From: a virus
Taxonomy: Duplodnaviria; Caudoviricetes
Reading direction: 5' to 3' (one strand)
IMG/VR virus record: IMGVR_UViG_3300030419_003351
Location: 1 to 52,864 of that record
DNA length: 52,864 bases
Shown here: piece after piece, positions 26,619-37,300 of the stretch
Layout of the letters: every line of letters starts with the position of its first letter
How positions within the stretch are numbered: position 1 is the stretch's first letter
The notes under the pieces: model-generated
What the model was told of the DNA's origin: nothing
Database searches by the model: none
The model's input: the letters and a program-made list of their open reading frames with translations, nothing else
Made by a program: the position numbers and the translations under genes

Positions 26619-28747
26619 TGTCAGATCCTCTATTTCAAACATGGGCAAGTGATGCAGAAAAAAATAAGGTTTATGACCTTAACAATCTAGATGGCTATGA
26701 TGGTGCGGTTTACCGTTCTCAGGCACACTACCCCACAAACTACAGTAGGCAAACATATATAGACATAGAGCCTAATCGTTCTGTAAGGCCTAGTTTTTCT
26801 CGTTCTGACTACGATTCTTTTCGTCCGGGCGAGGCTATCCCAACAAAACAAAAGCGTATCATGGGAATGTGCATGAGTGCTTATGATCGGGTTGGTATCA
26901 TTAGAAACGTGATTGATCTAATGAGTGATTTTGCTAGCCAAGGATTAGTTTTAGTACACCCTAATAAAAATATTGAAAAGTTCTATAGAAAATGGTTTAA
27001 TCAGGTCAGAGGGACTGATCGCTCAGAAAGATTTTTAAATTATTTGTATAGAACAGGTAATGTAGTAGTTAAACGTAGAACAGCTAAACTAAACAAAAAG
27101 AAGGAAGCAGATTTACGTCGTGCTGCTGGGGCTGATGTCGAAATCGAAAGCATGACTACAAAACGTAGAGAGGTTCCTTGGATATATGACTTTTTAAACC
27201 CCTTAGCGGTCGATGTTAAAGATCCGGGGATGTACGCCATTGGAAAGCCTAGTTTTGTACTAAAAATTTCCAAGTATACTTATCAATCATTACTTAAGAG
27301 TTCTCAAAACAATAAAAGTGCTTTTAAAACACTTCCCTCCGACATACAGAGAAGAGTTGAGTCCGGAGATAGAACAATACCCTTAGATCCTGAGTCTACA
27401 TTCTTCTATCATTACAAAAAAGATGATTGGCTATTGTGGGCAAATCCTATGATCTATGCTATTCTAGATGATATCAGTATGCTAGAAAAAATGAAGCTGG
27501 CAGATTTAGCAGCTTTGGATGGAGCTATCTCCAGTGTGAGACTTTGGACTCTTGGTGATTTTGACCAGAAGATTGTTCCCACGAAAGCAGGGCTTAATAA
27601 AGTTAGAGATATTCTTGCTAGTAACGTTGGTGGCGGTACTATGGATTTGGTTTGGGGGCCAGAGTTGAGGTTTACAGAAAGTCAATCTCAAGTTTACAAG
27701 TTCTTAGGATCAGAAAAATACCAACCGGTTCTCACTAGTATATACGCAGGTTTAGGTATACCGCCTACTCTAACCGGTGCGTCTGGTGCTAGCGGAGGAT
27801 ACACAAACAACTATGTCTCTCTAAAAACCCTGATTGAGAGATTGGAATATGGACGCGAAGTTCTAGCTCAGTTCTGGAGACAGGAAATAGAATATGTTCG
27901 ACGTGCTATGGGCTTTAGGTTGCCAGCAGAGATACATTTTGATTCAATCGTTTTATCTGATGAGGCAGCTCAGAAAAACCTACTTATTCAGCTAGCCGAC
28001 AGAGATATTATATCTCAAGAAACCCTACTTGAAAGGTTCAGAGAAATTCCTAATATCGAAAAAGTTCGAGTTCGTAGGGAGGAGAGAACAAGGATGAACG
28101 ATTCTTCCGCACCTAAAAAGGCTGGGCCATATCACAATCCGCAGCATAGGGAAGATGTTGTTAAAATCGGTCTTACCAAAGACAAGATAGACACTGAAGA
28201 GTATTTTGAAAGACTCGATATTCCTCATGTTCCAGAAGAAGAACCCGTAGAGCCGCCAAAAGAAGATCCTAACAACCAAGTTGAGGAGGAGGTAGAAAAA
28301 GAACAGGAAAGAGTTGAAGAACCCGGAAGACCTCCTTTATCAAGAGATGTTGGGCCAAGAAAACAGAAGCGTGTTTTACCAAGAAGCGGCGAGGCTACAA
28401 GTGCTACTTTATGGGCTATCAGTGCTCAGAAGAAGATATCTGACATCATGACACCTATAGCATGTTCTCATTTTAAAAAGAAAGACGCTAGAGCATTAAG
28501 TAAAGCAGAAGTCACCCAGTTGGAATATTTGAAACTATGTATACTAACCGGAATGAAGCCATTCGTAGAAGTTACCCCTGAGCTAGTTAAAGAACTTGTA
28601 GAACAAGGCACAAAACCAAGCAAAACCTTTAATTCTTTAGCAGAAAACAATATAGAAAACTTCTCTACAGTAAACAGCAGGAAACCGAATACCTCAGAAC
28701 TTAGACATATACACGCCTCCGTGTACGCACAGTTGTCCTGTTTTTAA
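26618..28747 (+). CDS. portal protein
   Basis: Position after TerL, ~700 aa, IYAGLGIPPTLTG segment typical of portals; start MSDPLF overlaps the upstream stop. Confidence 0.75.
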   Translation: MSDPLFQTWASDAEKNKVYDLNNLDGYDGAVYRSQAHYPTNYSRQTYIDIEPNRSVRPSFSRSDYDSFRPGEAIPTKQKRIMGMCMSAYDRVGIIRNVIDLMSDFASQGLVLVHPNKNIEKFYRKWFNQVRGTDRSERFLNYLYRTGNVVVKRRTAKLNKKKEADLRRAAGADVEIESMTTKRREVPWIYDFLNPLAVDVKDPGMYAIGKPSFVLKISKYTYQSLLKSSQNNKSAFKTLPSDIQRRVESGDRTIPLDPESTFFYHYKKDDWLLWANPMIYAILDDISMLEKMKLADLAALDGAISSVRLWTLGDFDQKIVPTKAGLNKVRDILASNVGGGTMDLVWGPELRFTESQSQVYKFLGSEKYQPVLTSIYAGLGIPPTLTGASGASGGYTNNYVSLKTLIERLEYGREVLAQFWRQEIEYVRRAMGFRLPAEIHFDSIVLSDEAAQKNLLIQLADRDIISQETLLERFREIPNIEKVRVRREERTRMNDSSAPKKAGPYHNPQHREDVVKIGLTKDKIDTEEYFERLDIPHVPEEEPVEPPKEDPNNQVEEEVEKEQERVEEPGRPPLSRDVGPRKQKRVLPRSGEATSATLWAISAQKKISDIMTPIACSHFKKKDARALSKAEVTQLEYLKLCILTGMKPFVEVTPELVKELVEQGTKPSKTFNSLAENNIENFSTVNSRKPNTSELRHIHASVYAQLSCF

Positions 28748-28808
28748 GTAAGTTTAACCTATAGTTTGCGTTTTTTGTGTAATAATTTCTACGGAGGAAT
28801 ATTTACCT

Positions 28809-30308
28809 ATGAGAGTATATGATCAAGAAGTACGAGATGGCATTGGCGATCTTGTAAAAAGTAATAATACCATTGCTTGCTGTGCTGTGGCGGAGACAAA
28901 CGCTACACCATCAGCTGAAGATATAGAAAAACTTCAGAGGATGATAGCATCCGCCAAGGAGGGCGAAGACTTAGCCACCGCTGAAAATAAAAACCAAATA
29001 GACTTATATTACATTAAGTCAATTCTAGTTAGTACCGGTTGGAACAAAAATGATGACGTTTTTGACCCAAAAGAATTGTGGGAAGCTAGAAACACTCCAG
29101 AGGACAAACCTTTCAACTTCATGCATGATGAAAAGGATATCATTGGCCACATAACCGCTAATGAGGTTGTCAATTTTGATGGACAGCCTATCGCAGAAGA
29201 AGATTCTGAGGTACCCAGTCAGTTTAACATATTAACTTCGGCTGTGGTCTACACGGAGTGGTCTGATCCAGAACAAAGAGAACGGATGCACAAGATTGTG
29301 TCCGAAATAGAAGATGGAAAATGGTTCGTTTCGATGGAGTGTCTTTTCCCAGAATTTGACTATGCTTTAGCCAAAGAGAACGGTGAGACCAAAGTAATCA
29401 AGCGTAACCAAGCTTCCGCATTTTTAACAAAACACTTAAGATCCTATGGAGGAGACGGAAAATACGAAGATTACCGGGTAGGCAGGCTGTTAAGAAACTT
29501 ATCGTTCTCTGGTAAAGGCTTAGTTTCAAAACCTGCTAATCCACGAAGTGTAATTTTGGAAGGAAATGATTTTTTTGATGAATCACAGGCACAAGTTTTA
29601 ACAATATCTTCATTAAAGGAGAAAGATATGTCAGATAACTACGAAAAGCAGGTCCATGACTTGCGTGCTGAATTAGCAGAGTCTAAAGCTGCTAACGAAG
29701 CTCTAAAGGAAAAGGTTATTGCTGAACAGCAAGCCGAATTCGAGACTCAGATTGAAGCACTTCAGGCTACGATTGCAGAGCAAGCTGAAAAGATTGCCCA
29801 GCAAGAAGAGGCTGCTAAGTCTTTAGCCGAGACTATTACTGCGAAGGAAGAAGCTTTAGTGGAAGCCGCAGCTGCTACTAAGGAAAAAGAAGAAGAGCTT
29901 GCAGTAATGAAAAAGAAAGAAGCTATGATGAAGCGTAAAGCACAGCTTGAAGAAGCTGGGTTTGATGCTGAAGAAGCTGTCGCTACTGTTGAAGATTTCA
30001 ATCATCTTGATGATGAAACTTTTGACAAAATTGTAGCTGCAATGAAAAAGAAAGCTCAGTTCCCTCCTAAAAAGGATGAGGAAGAAGAGAAAGAGGAAAA
30101 AGAAGAAAAGGCTGTTATGAAAAAGAAGGCTGAACTCGAAGAAGAAGTAGATTCTGCTGAAGCGAGTGAAGAAGTTCTGGACACAGCAGAAGAACCAACT
30201 GAGGTTGCCGTAGCTGAGGCTATGGGGGAAGATGATCCCGCCGAAAGCCTTCGTACAGTCGCTAGTGAGTGGCTAGGTTCTGTTTTACAAACTAACAAAA
30301 AATCTTAA
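28809..30308 (+). CDS. prohead protease / scaffold fusion
   Basis: GWNKNDD, MHD, VSMEC, FSGKGLV..PA protease-like domain followed by an acidic coiled coil; between portal and capsid. Confidence 0.7.
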   Translation: MRVYDQEVRDGIGDLVKSNNTIACCAVAETNATPSAEDIEKLQRMIASAKEGEDLATAENKNQIDLYYIKSILVSTGWNKNDDVFDPKELWEARNTPEDKPFNFMHDEKDIIGHITANEVVNFDGQPIAEEDSEVPSQFNILTSAVVYTEWSDPEQRERMHKIVSEIEDGKWFVSMECLFPEFDYALAKENGETKVIKRNQASAFLTKHLRSYGGDGKYEDYRVGRLLRNLSFSGKGLVSKPANPRSVILEGNDFFDESQAQVLTISSLKEKDMSDNYEKQVHDLRAELAESKAANEALKEKVIAEQQAEFETQIEALQATIAEQAEKIAQQEEAAKSLAETITAKEEALVEAAAATKEKEEELAVMKKKEAMMKRKAQLEEAGFDAEEAVATVEDFNHLDDETFDKIVAAMKKKAQFPPKKDEEEEKEEKEEKAVMKKKAELEEEVDSAEASEEVLDTAEEPTEVAVAEAMGEDDPAESLRTVASEWLGSVLQTNKKS

Positions 30309-30326
30309 GCTAAAGGAGAATTCATA

Positions 30327-30821
30327 ATGGCTCTTAAATCAGATAGAAGTACGCTTCAAACCGACATTTCGTTCTTCATGAACGAAGCTGCTACCAGAGG
30401 TGGCGTGGTTGTGCAAAGCACGGCTGGCTCTGGAGCATCTATGGACAATGGTAATGCTGTTGTTACATACGTGACTGATCCTTCGGGTAAAGTGCCCGTA
30501 GGTCTGTTGTTGAACGATATGGTCAATATTGACTTGACTCGCCAACATCTAAATCAGCACAAAGATGAAGTCCAAAAGGGCGGTAAAGTTACATTGCTCC
30601 AAAAGGGTTATGTTGTAACTAACAGTCTGGAAGGAACAGATCCAAACGGTGGCGACACTGCTTACCTTGGACACAGTGGCAACATTGCTGCTTCGCAGAT
30701 TATCGACGATGATAGCGGTACAAACGGCAATAAAGGTCTTATTGTAGGACGGTTCTTGTCGGATGTAGACCAAAACGGTTACGCTAAAGTTTATATCGAC
30801 CTTCCTAACACCAACGAATAA
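30327..30821 (+). CDS. head decoration / capsid cement protein (putative)
   Basis: Gly-rich 164 aa between scaffold and major capsid; strong RBS. Confidence 0.6.
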   Translation: MALKSDRSTLQTDISFFMNEAATRGGVVVQSTAGSGASMDNGNAVVTYVTDPSGKVPVGLLLNDMVNIDLTRQHLNQHKDEVQKGGKVTLLQKGYVVTNSLEGTDPNGGDTAYLGHSGNIAASQIIDDDSGTNGNKGLIVGRFLSDVDQNGYAKVYIDLPNTNE

Positions 30822-30844
30822 ACCTTTAAAAGGAGAATAGAATA

Positions 30845-31852
30845 ATGTCAATGAAAGATAGACCCACGCCAGAATTCATCGAATTGCTTAAGCGATCTGG
30901 TGATTCTGATAAAGCAATCGCTATCCAAGCACAGCGAGAAATCGCAAAAGCTCTAGAACTTCCTTTGCGTAAAGGTGTTCTGTTTGGCGATATCGTTACT
31001 AATATCTTTGAGGCAATGCCTCTAGAACCCGGTGCAACCCCTGAGTTCCCATTGGATCTCTTGGCACCCGGCACTGAAACTGATCATGTAGCATTCACCA
31101 ATCCCGGCAATGGACGTATCCCAGAACGTCATGTCGAAGGTGACTACGTCATGATCAATACTTATGGCATCACAAGTTCAATCGACTTCTTGCTTAAGTA
31201 TGCTCGTGAAGCTAACTGGAACATTGTTGCAAGAGCTATGCAGGTTCTTGAATCTTCATTCGTGAAGAAGATCAACGATGACGGTTGGCACACACTTTTG
31301 GCCGCTGCTGTAGACCGAAATATTTTGGTCTTCGATGGCGATGCTGCTGCTGGCCAGTTTACTAAACGACTGGTTAGTCTCATGAAGACCGTTATGCGTC
31401 GAAACGGTGGTGGTAACAGTGTTACTGCTCCGGGCCGATTGACGGATCTTTACTGTTCGCCTGAAGCAGTTGAAGACATCCGCAACTGGGGTGTTGATCA
31501 ACTTGACGAAGTTTCACGTAGAGAAATCTACACGGCTTCTGATGATGGCGGTCCGTTGACCAGAATCTTTGGGGTTAACCTTCACGACCTCTTTGAGTTT
31601 GGTGACAACCAAGAGTATCAAACCTATTTCACTAGCGACCTCGGAGGCTCTTTAGCCAGTGGTGGTGACGTTGAACTCGTTATCGGTCTTGATCAAGGTG
31701 CTAACGATAGCTTCGTTATGCCTGTTAAGAAAGAAGTTGAAATCTTTGAAGACGAAGCTCTTCATCGTCATCAACGACAGGGTTACTACGGCTGGGCTGA
31801 AATCGGCTTTGGTGTTCTTGATAACCGAAGAGTTATTGCTGGTTCTTTCTAA
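30845..31852 (+). CDS. major capsid protein
   Basis: 335 aa, canonical position, strong RBS, followed by a terminator. Confidence 0.8.
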   Translation: MSMKDRPTPEFIELLKRSGDSDKAIAIQAQREIAKALELPLRKGVLFGDIVTNIFEAMPLEPGATPEFPLDLLAPGTETDHVAFTNPGNGRIPERHVEGDYVMINTYGITSSIDFLLKYAREANWNIVARAMQVLESSFVKKINDDGWHTLLAAAVDRNILVFDGDAAAGQFTKRLVSLMKTVMRRNGGGNSVTAPGRLTDLYCSPEAVEDIRNWGVDQLDEVSRREIYTASDDGGPLTRIFGVNLHDLFEFGDNQEYQTYFTSDLGGSLASGGDVELVIGLDQGANDSFVMPVKKEVEIFEDEALHRHQRQGYYGWAEIGFGVLDNRRVIAGSF

Positions 31853-31874
31853 GAAAGAAAAGCATTATCGCTCG

Positions 31875-31903
31875 AAAGCCGCTCCGAAAGGGGCGGCTTT
31901 TTT
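31875..31903 (+). terminator. intrinsic terminator
   Basis: AAAGCCGCTCC-GAAA-GGGGCGGCTTT plus T tract. Confidence 0.9.
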
Positions 31904-31938
31904 GCTATATTGTGTATATATTTTGAGGAGATATAAAT

Positions 31939-32232
31939 ATGACTTTTGGTGCTAGTTCATTCGCAGAAACTTGCTTTGCTGAGGTAGGGGGAGCTGATGT
32001 AACTGTTGTTTCTGGCAGATTTGTCATATTCCCGCTAAATGCGAGTACACTAAAAAAACCCATAAGAATAAATACGCTGTCAGATTTTAGTCTAAATTTT
32101 AGCACAACGCAGGAGTTTTTGTCTCTTCCTTTAAAGATAAATACGTTATCAGATTTTAATTTAACTGTAAATCTAGAGCAAGACCACACGGTTAAGATTA
32201 ACAAAGTTACAGAATATAATTTAAGGAGATAA
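31939..32232 (+). CDS. hypothetical virion-associated protein
   Basis: GAGGAG RBS; internal repeat INTLSDF. Confidence 0.55.
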   Translation: MTFGASSFAETCFAEVGGADVTVVSGRFVIFPLNASTLKKPIRINTLSDFSLNFSTTQEFLSLPLKINTLSDFNLTVNLEQDHTVKINKVTEYNLRR

Positions 32233-32234
32233 AA

Positions 32235-32525
32235 ATGGCTCAGTTTTGTGTTATAATTGCAGATGCTGATGTTGATCGCGTAATTACAGCTATGTGTGCT
32301 AACTACAACTACGAAGCAGAGGTCGCAAATCCTAGTTTTGACCCAAGTCAGCCTTCTGATCCGATTCATAATCCGGCAAAAATTCCCAACCCAGAAACAA
32401 GAAATCAGTTTGCAAACAGGATGACTCGTGACTTCTTGATCAATAACACAACCGCTTATGAATTGAAAAAGGAGAAAGAGGCCGTGCCTACACCGACTCC
32501 GCCGGTAATTAATGACGATAACTAA
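32235..32525 (+). CDS. hypothetical protein
   Basis: AAGGAG RBS, in late operon. Confidence 0.65.
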   Translation: MAQFCVIIADADVDRVITAMCANYNYEAEVANPSFDPSQPSDPIHNPAKIPNPETRNQFANRMTRDFLINNTTAYELKKEKEAVPTPTPPVINDDN

Positions 32526-32538
32526 CAGGGGTCTTTAG

Positions 32539-33387
32539 ATGGCTTTTAAATTAGCAGATAGAGTTAAACAAACAACCTCAACTACAGGCACCTCCGGTGT
32601 TAGCCTGAATTCTACCGTTAATGGTTTTCGGAGTTTTTCTTCTGTGTTGGCTAGTGGTGATACCACTTTTTATGTCATAGAAGAAAATGACAAGTTTGAA
32701 GTAGGGTTGGGTACCTATGGTTCTGATAATCTTGAGAGAACTTCCATATTCAGCAGTACCAATAGTGGTGCTAAGATAACTCTTGGTGGTAGTGGAATAG
32801 TTTCAATAACACAACCTGCTAATAACGCTGTTTATCTTAATACGGAATTTAACACGGTTGCTACGTCTGGTATTGCTTTCGATGGCACTACCGATCTCTT
32901 GAAACCGGTTAGCGGATCTTTATATTGGGGCGACACCAAGATAGGACAGGCCTATACTGCTGGAAGTGGTCTTACTCTTGTTGACCGCCAATTCAATGTT
33001 CATGGTGGTAGTGGTCATTTTATAAATCTAGAGGTCAATGGTGCTTTCACAGCAACGACCAAGTCTTTTCTCATTGACCATCCTAGTCACCCCGGAATGA
33101 AGCTACAATACGGATCTTTAGAGGGTCCGGAAAACGGAGTATATGTACGAGGAATAACAAGCGGAAACATTATTGAACTTCCTGACTATTGGCCCGATTT
33201 AGTAGACAGACAAAGTATAACCGTAAATCTAACTCCTCAAAGTCACCCGCAACCCAATCTTTATGTGGAATCTCATGATGATAATCGCGTACTAATTAAG
33301 AGCGATAGGGAAATAATGGCTCACTACACTATCTTTGCAGAAAGAAAGGACGTAGAAAAATTGGAGGTCGAACACGATGAGTCATAA
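32539..33387 (+). CDS. tail-fibre-related protein with conserved C-terminal domain
   Basis: ADRVKQT N-terminus; KSFLIDHP...SLEGPENGVYVRG...LPDYW C-terminal domain seen in phage fibre proteins. Confidence 0.6.
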   Translation: MAFKLADRVKQTTSTTGTSGVSLNSTVNGFRSFSSVLASGDTTFYVIEENDKFEVGLGTYGSDNLERTSIFSSTNSGAKITLGGSGIVSITQPANNAVYLNTEFNTVATSGIAFDGTTDLLKPVSGSLYWGDTKIGQAYTAGSGLTLVDRQFNVHGGSGHFINLEVNGAFTATTKSFLIDHPSHPGMKLQYGSLEGPENGVYVRGITSGNIIELPDYWPDLVDRQSITVNLTPQSHPQPNLYVESHDDNRVLIKSDREIMAHYTIFAERKDVEKLEVEHDES

Positions 33388-33649
33388 TGATTTTGACCAT
33401 AGACATTACGTGATAATATCTTCTTTAGAGATAGATGAAATTGTGTTTGATCAGGTTCTTGAAAACTCTGTGGAAACTTTAAGAACAAGCGTAGACGGAA
33501 CTCAGACGTTTATAAAATATAGCGGAGATGAACCTAGCTTTTTGTCTAACTGCACCACTAAAAGCGAAGCTTACTCCCATGATGATTTCTTAGAGATCGT
33601 TTCAACTGCTACTTGGTCGAAGGGGTTACATGATGTCGATACACTATAA
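33377..33649 (+). CDS. hypothetical protein
   Basis: 90 aa, coupled to flanking genes. Confidence 0.6.
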   Translation: MSHNDFDHRHYVIISSLEIDEIVFDQVLENSVETLRTSVDGTQTFIKYSGDEPSFLSNCTTKSEAYSHDDFLEIVSTATWSKGLHDVDTL

Positions 33650-34367
33650 TCCTACAATAAGCAACGTTGGTCTTGTTTTTGCTCAGGATGCAGCGTCCAA
33701 GTTTAGTTATCCGGGAACTGGATCTAACATATCCGGCCTTGCTTTAGGTACTGACGCTTCACTTGTCAACAATGTCTCCTTCTCCTCTAATAATTATGGG
33801 TATTTTTCATTAGATGGTGCTGATGATTATATAGGGACCAATAAAGTAGATCTCTCCGGCACTAAGCAGTTTACCGCCTGTATGATGCTAAAAGCAGGCT
33901 CTGTTACTTCTGCACAGGTTTTAATGGAGTTTTCTACAAATTACAATTTGGTTACTGATGGTTTTTTTGCTACTTATTACGATAATCTTTTTGGGTATTC
34001 TTCAGCGATCTTGATTGGCAGAAAGGGTGATGTAGGTAGAAACATTAGGGCATTTAACAATAACATACTTAGCGGTCAGGCTTGGAAATATCTATCAATC
34101 ATATATGATGGCAATGAACAAATAGCGGATAGATGTCAATTACATGTGAATGGTATAAAGCAGGTACCAAGTCAATCCCATAGCGGAAACTGGGACGATG
34201 ATAATACAAACAACTTAGGAAATCACAGTTTTTATTTTGGTGCCCGATCTGGTGCGGTGGCTCCTTTTTCTGGTAATATAGCGTGTTGTCATGTGTATAA
34301 CAGAGTATTGTCGGAAAGAGAGATGCAATCAAATTTTTTAGCAATCAAAACAAGGTTTGGACTGTAA
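33630..34367 (+). CDS. LamG/concanavalin A-like lectin-domain protein
   Basis: DAAS..SYPG.G, FSLDGADDY, W.Y...YDG, VYNRVLSE motifs. Confidence 0.75.
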   Translation: MMSIHYNPTISNVGLVFAQDAASKFSYPGTGSNISGLALGTDASLVNNVSFSSNNYGYFSLDGADDYIGTNKVDLSGTKQFTACMMLKAGSVTSAQVLMEFSTNYNLVTDGFFATYYDNLFGYSSAILIGRKGDVGRNIRAFNNNILSGQAWKYLSIIYDGNEQIADRCQLHVNGIKQVPSQSHSGNWDDDNTNNLGNHSFYFGARSGAVAPFSGNIACCHVYNRVLSEREMQSNFLAIKTRFGL

Positions 34368-34380
34368 ACTGGAGAAATAA

Positions 34381-37300
34381 ATGGCACAAGACATACTAAT
34401 AACCCCCGGAAGCGGAGAACCACAGATTTTATTTCGTGGTTCCGGTGTTAATGATACTCCAGTAGAGCTGAACACACTGTCTCATTTTAGTGAAGCCCAC
34501 GCTTCTGGAACATCTTTAATGTTCAAAGGTAATGAGGGCACATTACTTACCATAGCCGACAATGTTTCTAGCGGTACGATCTTTTCTGTTGCCGATATTT
34601 CCGGACTGCCTGTTATAGAAGTCGATGCTAGTGGTTTTGCTAGAATAGGTAGACACGGAAACAAAACTGCATTTGGAAGCACATCCCAAGATCCTGAACA
34701 TACTTTTGATGTATTTGGTAGTGGTAATTTTAGACAGGGACTAATTATACCTTCGCAGCAACCGGCCACCACAGGAAATGCGGTATATAATATTGACGGA
34801 ACTCTTTATTTTAACGGAGCTGCCATTGCTGCTTATGATGACACTTATGTTTCTGGTGTTGCGACCTATGCTTCTGGACAAACTATTGCCAATGAAATAG
34901 ATATTGTTGCTAGTTCTGGTATAGCTAACTATGCTAGTGGTCAAGCTATAGCTAATGAAATAGATATCGTTGCCGTATCAGGAATAGCTAACTATGCGTC
35001 CGGACTTGCTATTACAAATGAGGCTAACGTTGCTTACGCTTCTGGTCAAGCCATAGCAAACGAAGTAGATATAGTTGCGGTATCTGGGATTGCTAATTAC
35101 GCTTCTGGACAGGCGATTGCCAATGAAACAGATATAGTCGCTGTATCGGGAATTGCGAACTACGCTTCCGGATTAGCTATAACAAATGAGACCGATATTG
35201 TAGCCACATCAGGCATTGCCAATTACGCATCGGGTCAGGCTATAGCGAATGAGACCGATATTGTGGCTACATCTGGAATTGCTAACTACGCATCTGGTCA
35301 GGCGATTTCTAATGAAACCGATATTGTTGCGACTTCAGGTATTGCTAATTACGCCTCTGGACAAGCCATAACGAATAAGTCTAACATCGCAACAAATACG
35401 TCCAACATATCTACAAACACATCCAACATATCGACCAATACTACAAATATAGCGACAAATACCAGCAGCATAAATTATGTTTCTGGGGTTGCTACTTATG
35501 CATCCGGTTTGGCTATAACTAATGAAGGCAACATTGCGTCTAATGTGTCTAATGTATCATACGTCTCTGGTGTGGCCACATACGCATCTGGTCAAGCTAT
35601 AGAGAATGAAATTGTTTCCGTGTATGCTTCTGGTCAGGTTGATGCTAGTAATCTTCAAAAGGTTACCGATAGGGGTGCGACCACCACTAATAATATAACC
35701 GCCAACAACCTCATAGTTTCAAATGGGGGTAAGGTTGGATCTGCATCAAAGACTGATGCCATTACAATAGCTTCAGATGGTAGTGTTACATTTGTTTCGG
35801 GTGTTGTTGTTGATGGTAACTTGGTCGTTAATGGTGCGGAAGTTATTATTGATGTTGAAAAAATAGAAGTAGAAGACAACATTATCCTGCTTAATAAAAA
35901 TGTTACAGGCACACCGTCATTAAACGCTGGAATTGAGGTCGAGCGTGGATCATCTCCCAATACAATAATTAGATGGAATGAAGCCAGTGATATATGGGAC
36001 TTTACTGAAGATGGAACTACTTATCACGAAATAGGAAAACATGACAATATTGTTTTAGTTTCTGGTATCGCTAATTATGCTTCTGGTCATGTAGAAACAA
36101 ATATAACGAATATAAACTATGTATCGGGCATTGCCGCATACGCATCTGGTCAGGCGATAGAAAATCAAGGGGTTGCTAATTATGCCTCCGGTCAAGCGAT
36201 TGCCAATGAAACAGATATTGTAGCCGTTTCCGGAATCGCAAATTACGCTTCCGGTCAAGCAATAGCTAATGAAACAGACATCGTAGCCGTCTCCGGAATC
36301 GCAAACTACGCTTCTGGTCAAGCAATAGCTAACGAAACAGACATTGTGGCCACATCGGGCATAGCCAATTATGCTAGTGGTCAAGCGATAGAGAATGAGG
36401 GTGATATTCTGTCGCTTATGGCTGCGTCTGGTCAAGCCGTCTATGCTTCCGGACAAGCGGTCGAAAATGAAACCGATATTGTGTATGTTTCGGGAATAGC
36501 CGTATATGCCTCTGGCGAAGCCGAAAGTAAGGCTTCGGTATTGAACGATCTTACTGACGTTTCTTATGGTGGGACTAATCTAACGGACACGCTTCTTATA
36601 AATAACAGACCCGGATTGACTCCACAGCACGGATCTCTTACCGCAGATTCAACGGACAATATAGGTATTGGTTATCATGCGTTGTCAAATATTAGAGATG
36701 CAAATGATAATATTGCATTAGGGATGCAGTCTCAAATGTTTAATTCTGGCGGTAGTAATAATATATCCCTTGGGACTATGTCTCTAGGTAAGCTTACGGA
36801 TGGTGACAAAAACGTAGCTATAGGATATCGAAGCCTAGATGACGCCACCATTGGAACAGCTAATGTTTCAGTGGGACACGACAGTTTAAAGGATCTTACT
36901 GAAGGTAACTACAATATTGCAATAGGGCACCGTGCTGGGTGGGCCTTGACCGATGATGATAGCATGTTGTATATTGCTGATGATGCACCTACCTATGATG
37001 GTACTTTAATTAAAGGCGATATGGCCAATAAGTACTTGGCTGTTGGTAAGGCTGATGTTACACTTTCGAGTGATCCCGCTACGCTTCAGGTCTACGCGAA
37101 AATTTCTACACACAAGGGTACAATCGTCAGGGGTGCCGCATCTCAATCAGCAAATCTACAAGAATGGCAAGCAAATAACGGTATAGCAGTTGCTTTAGTT
37201 ACTGCGGACGGTAGTATTGCCAGCAGTGGAGACATTAGTACTAGCGGTAGTCTTATTGCTGGTTCTCACAATATATCCAGTATTGTTACGGCTGGTACTG

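Noticed and set aside
23875-31852. Intein or intron in terminase, portal or capsid; stop-codon reassignment
   Set aside because: Genes are continuous, of ordinary length under the standard code, and show no splicing motifs I could recognise
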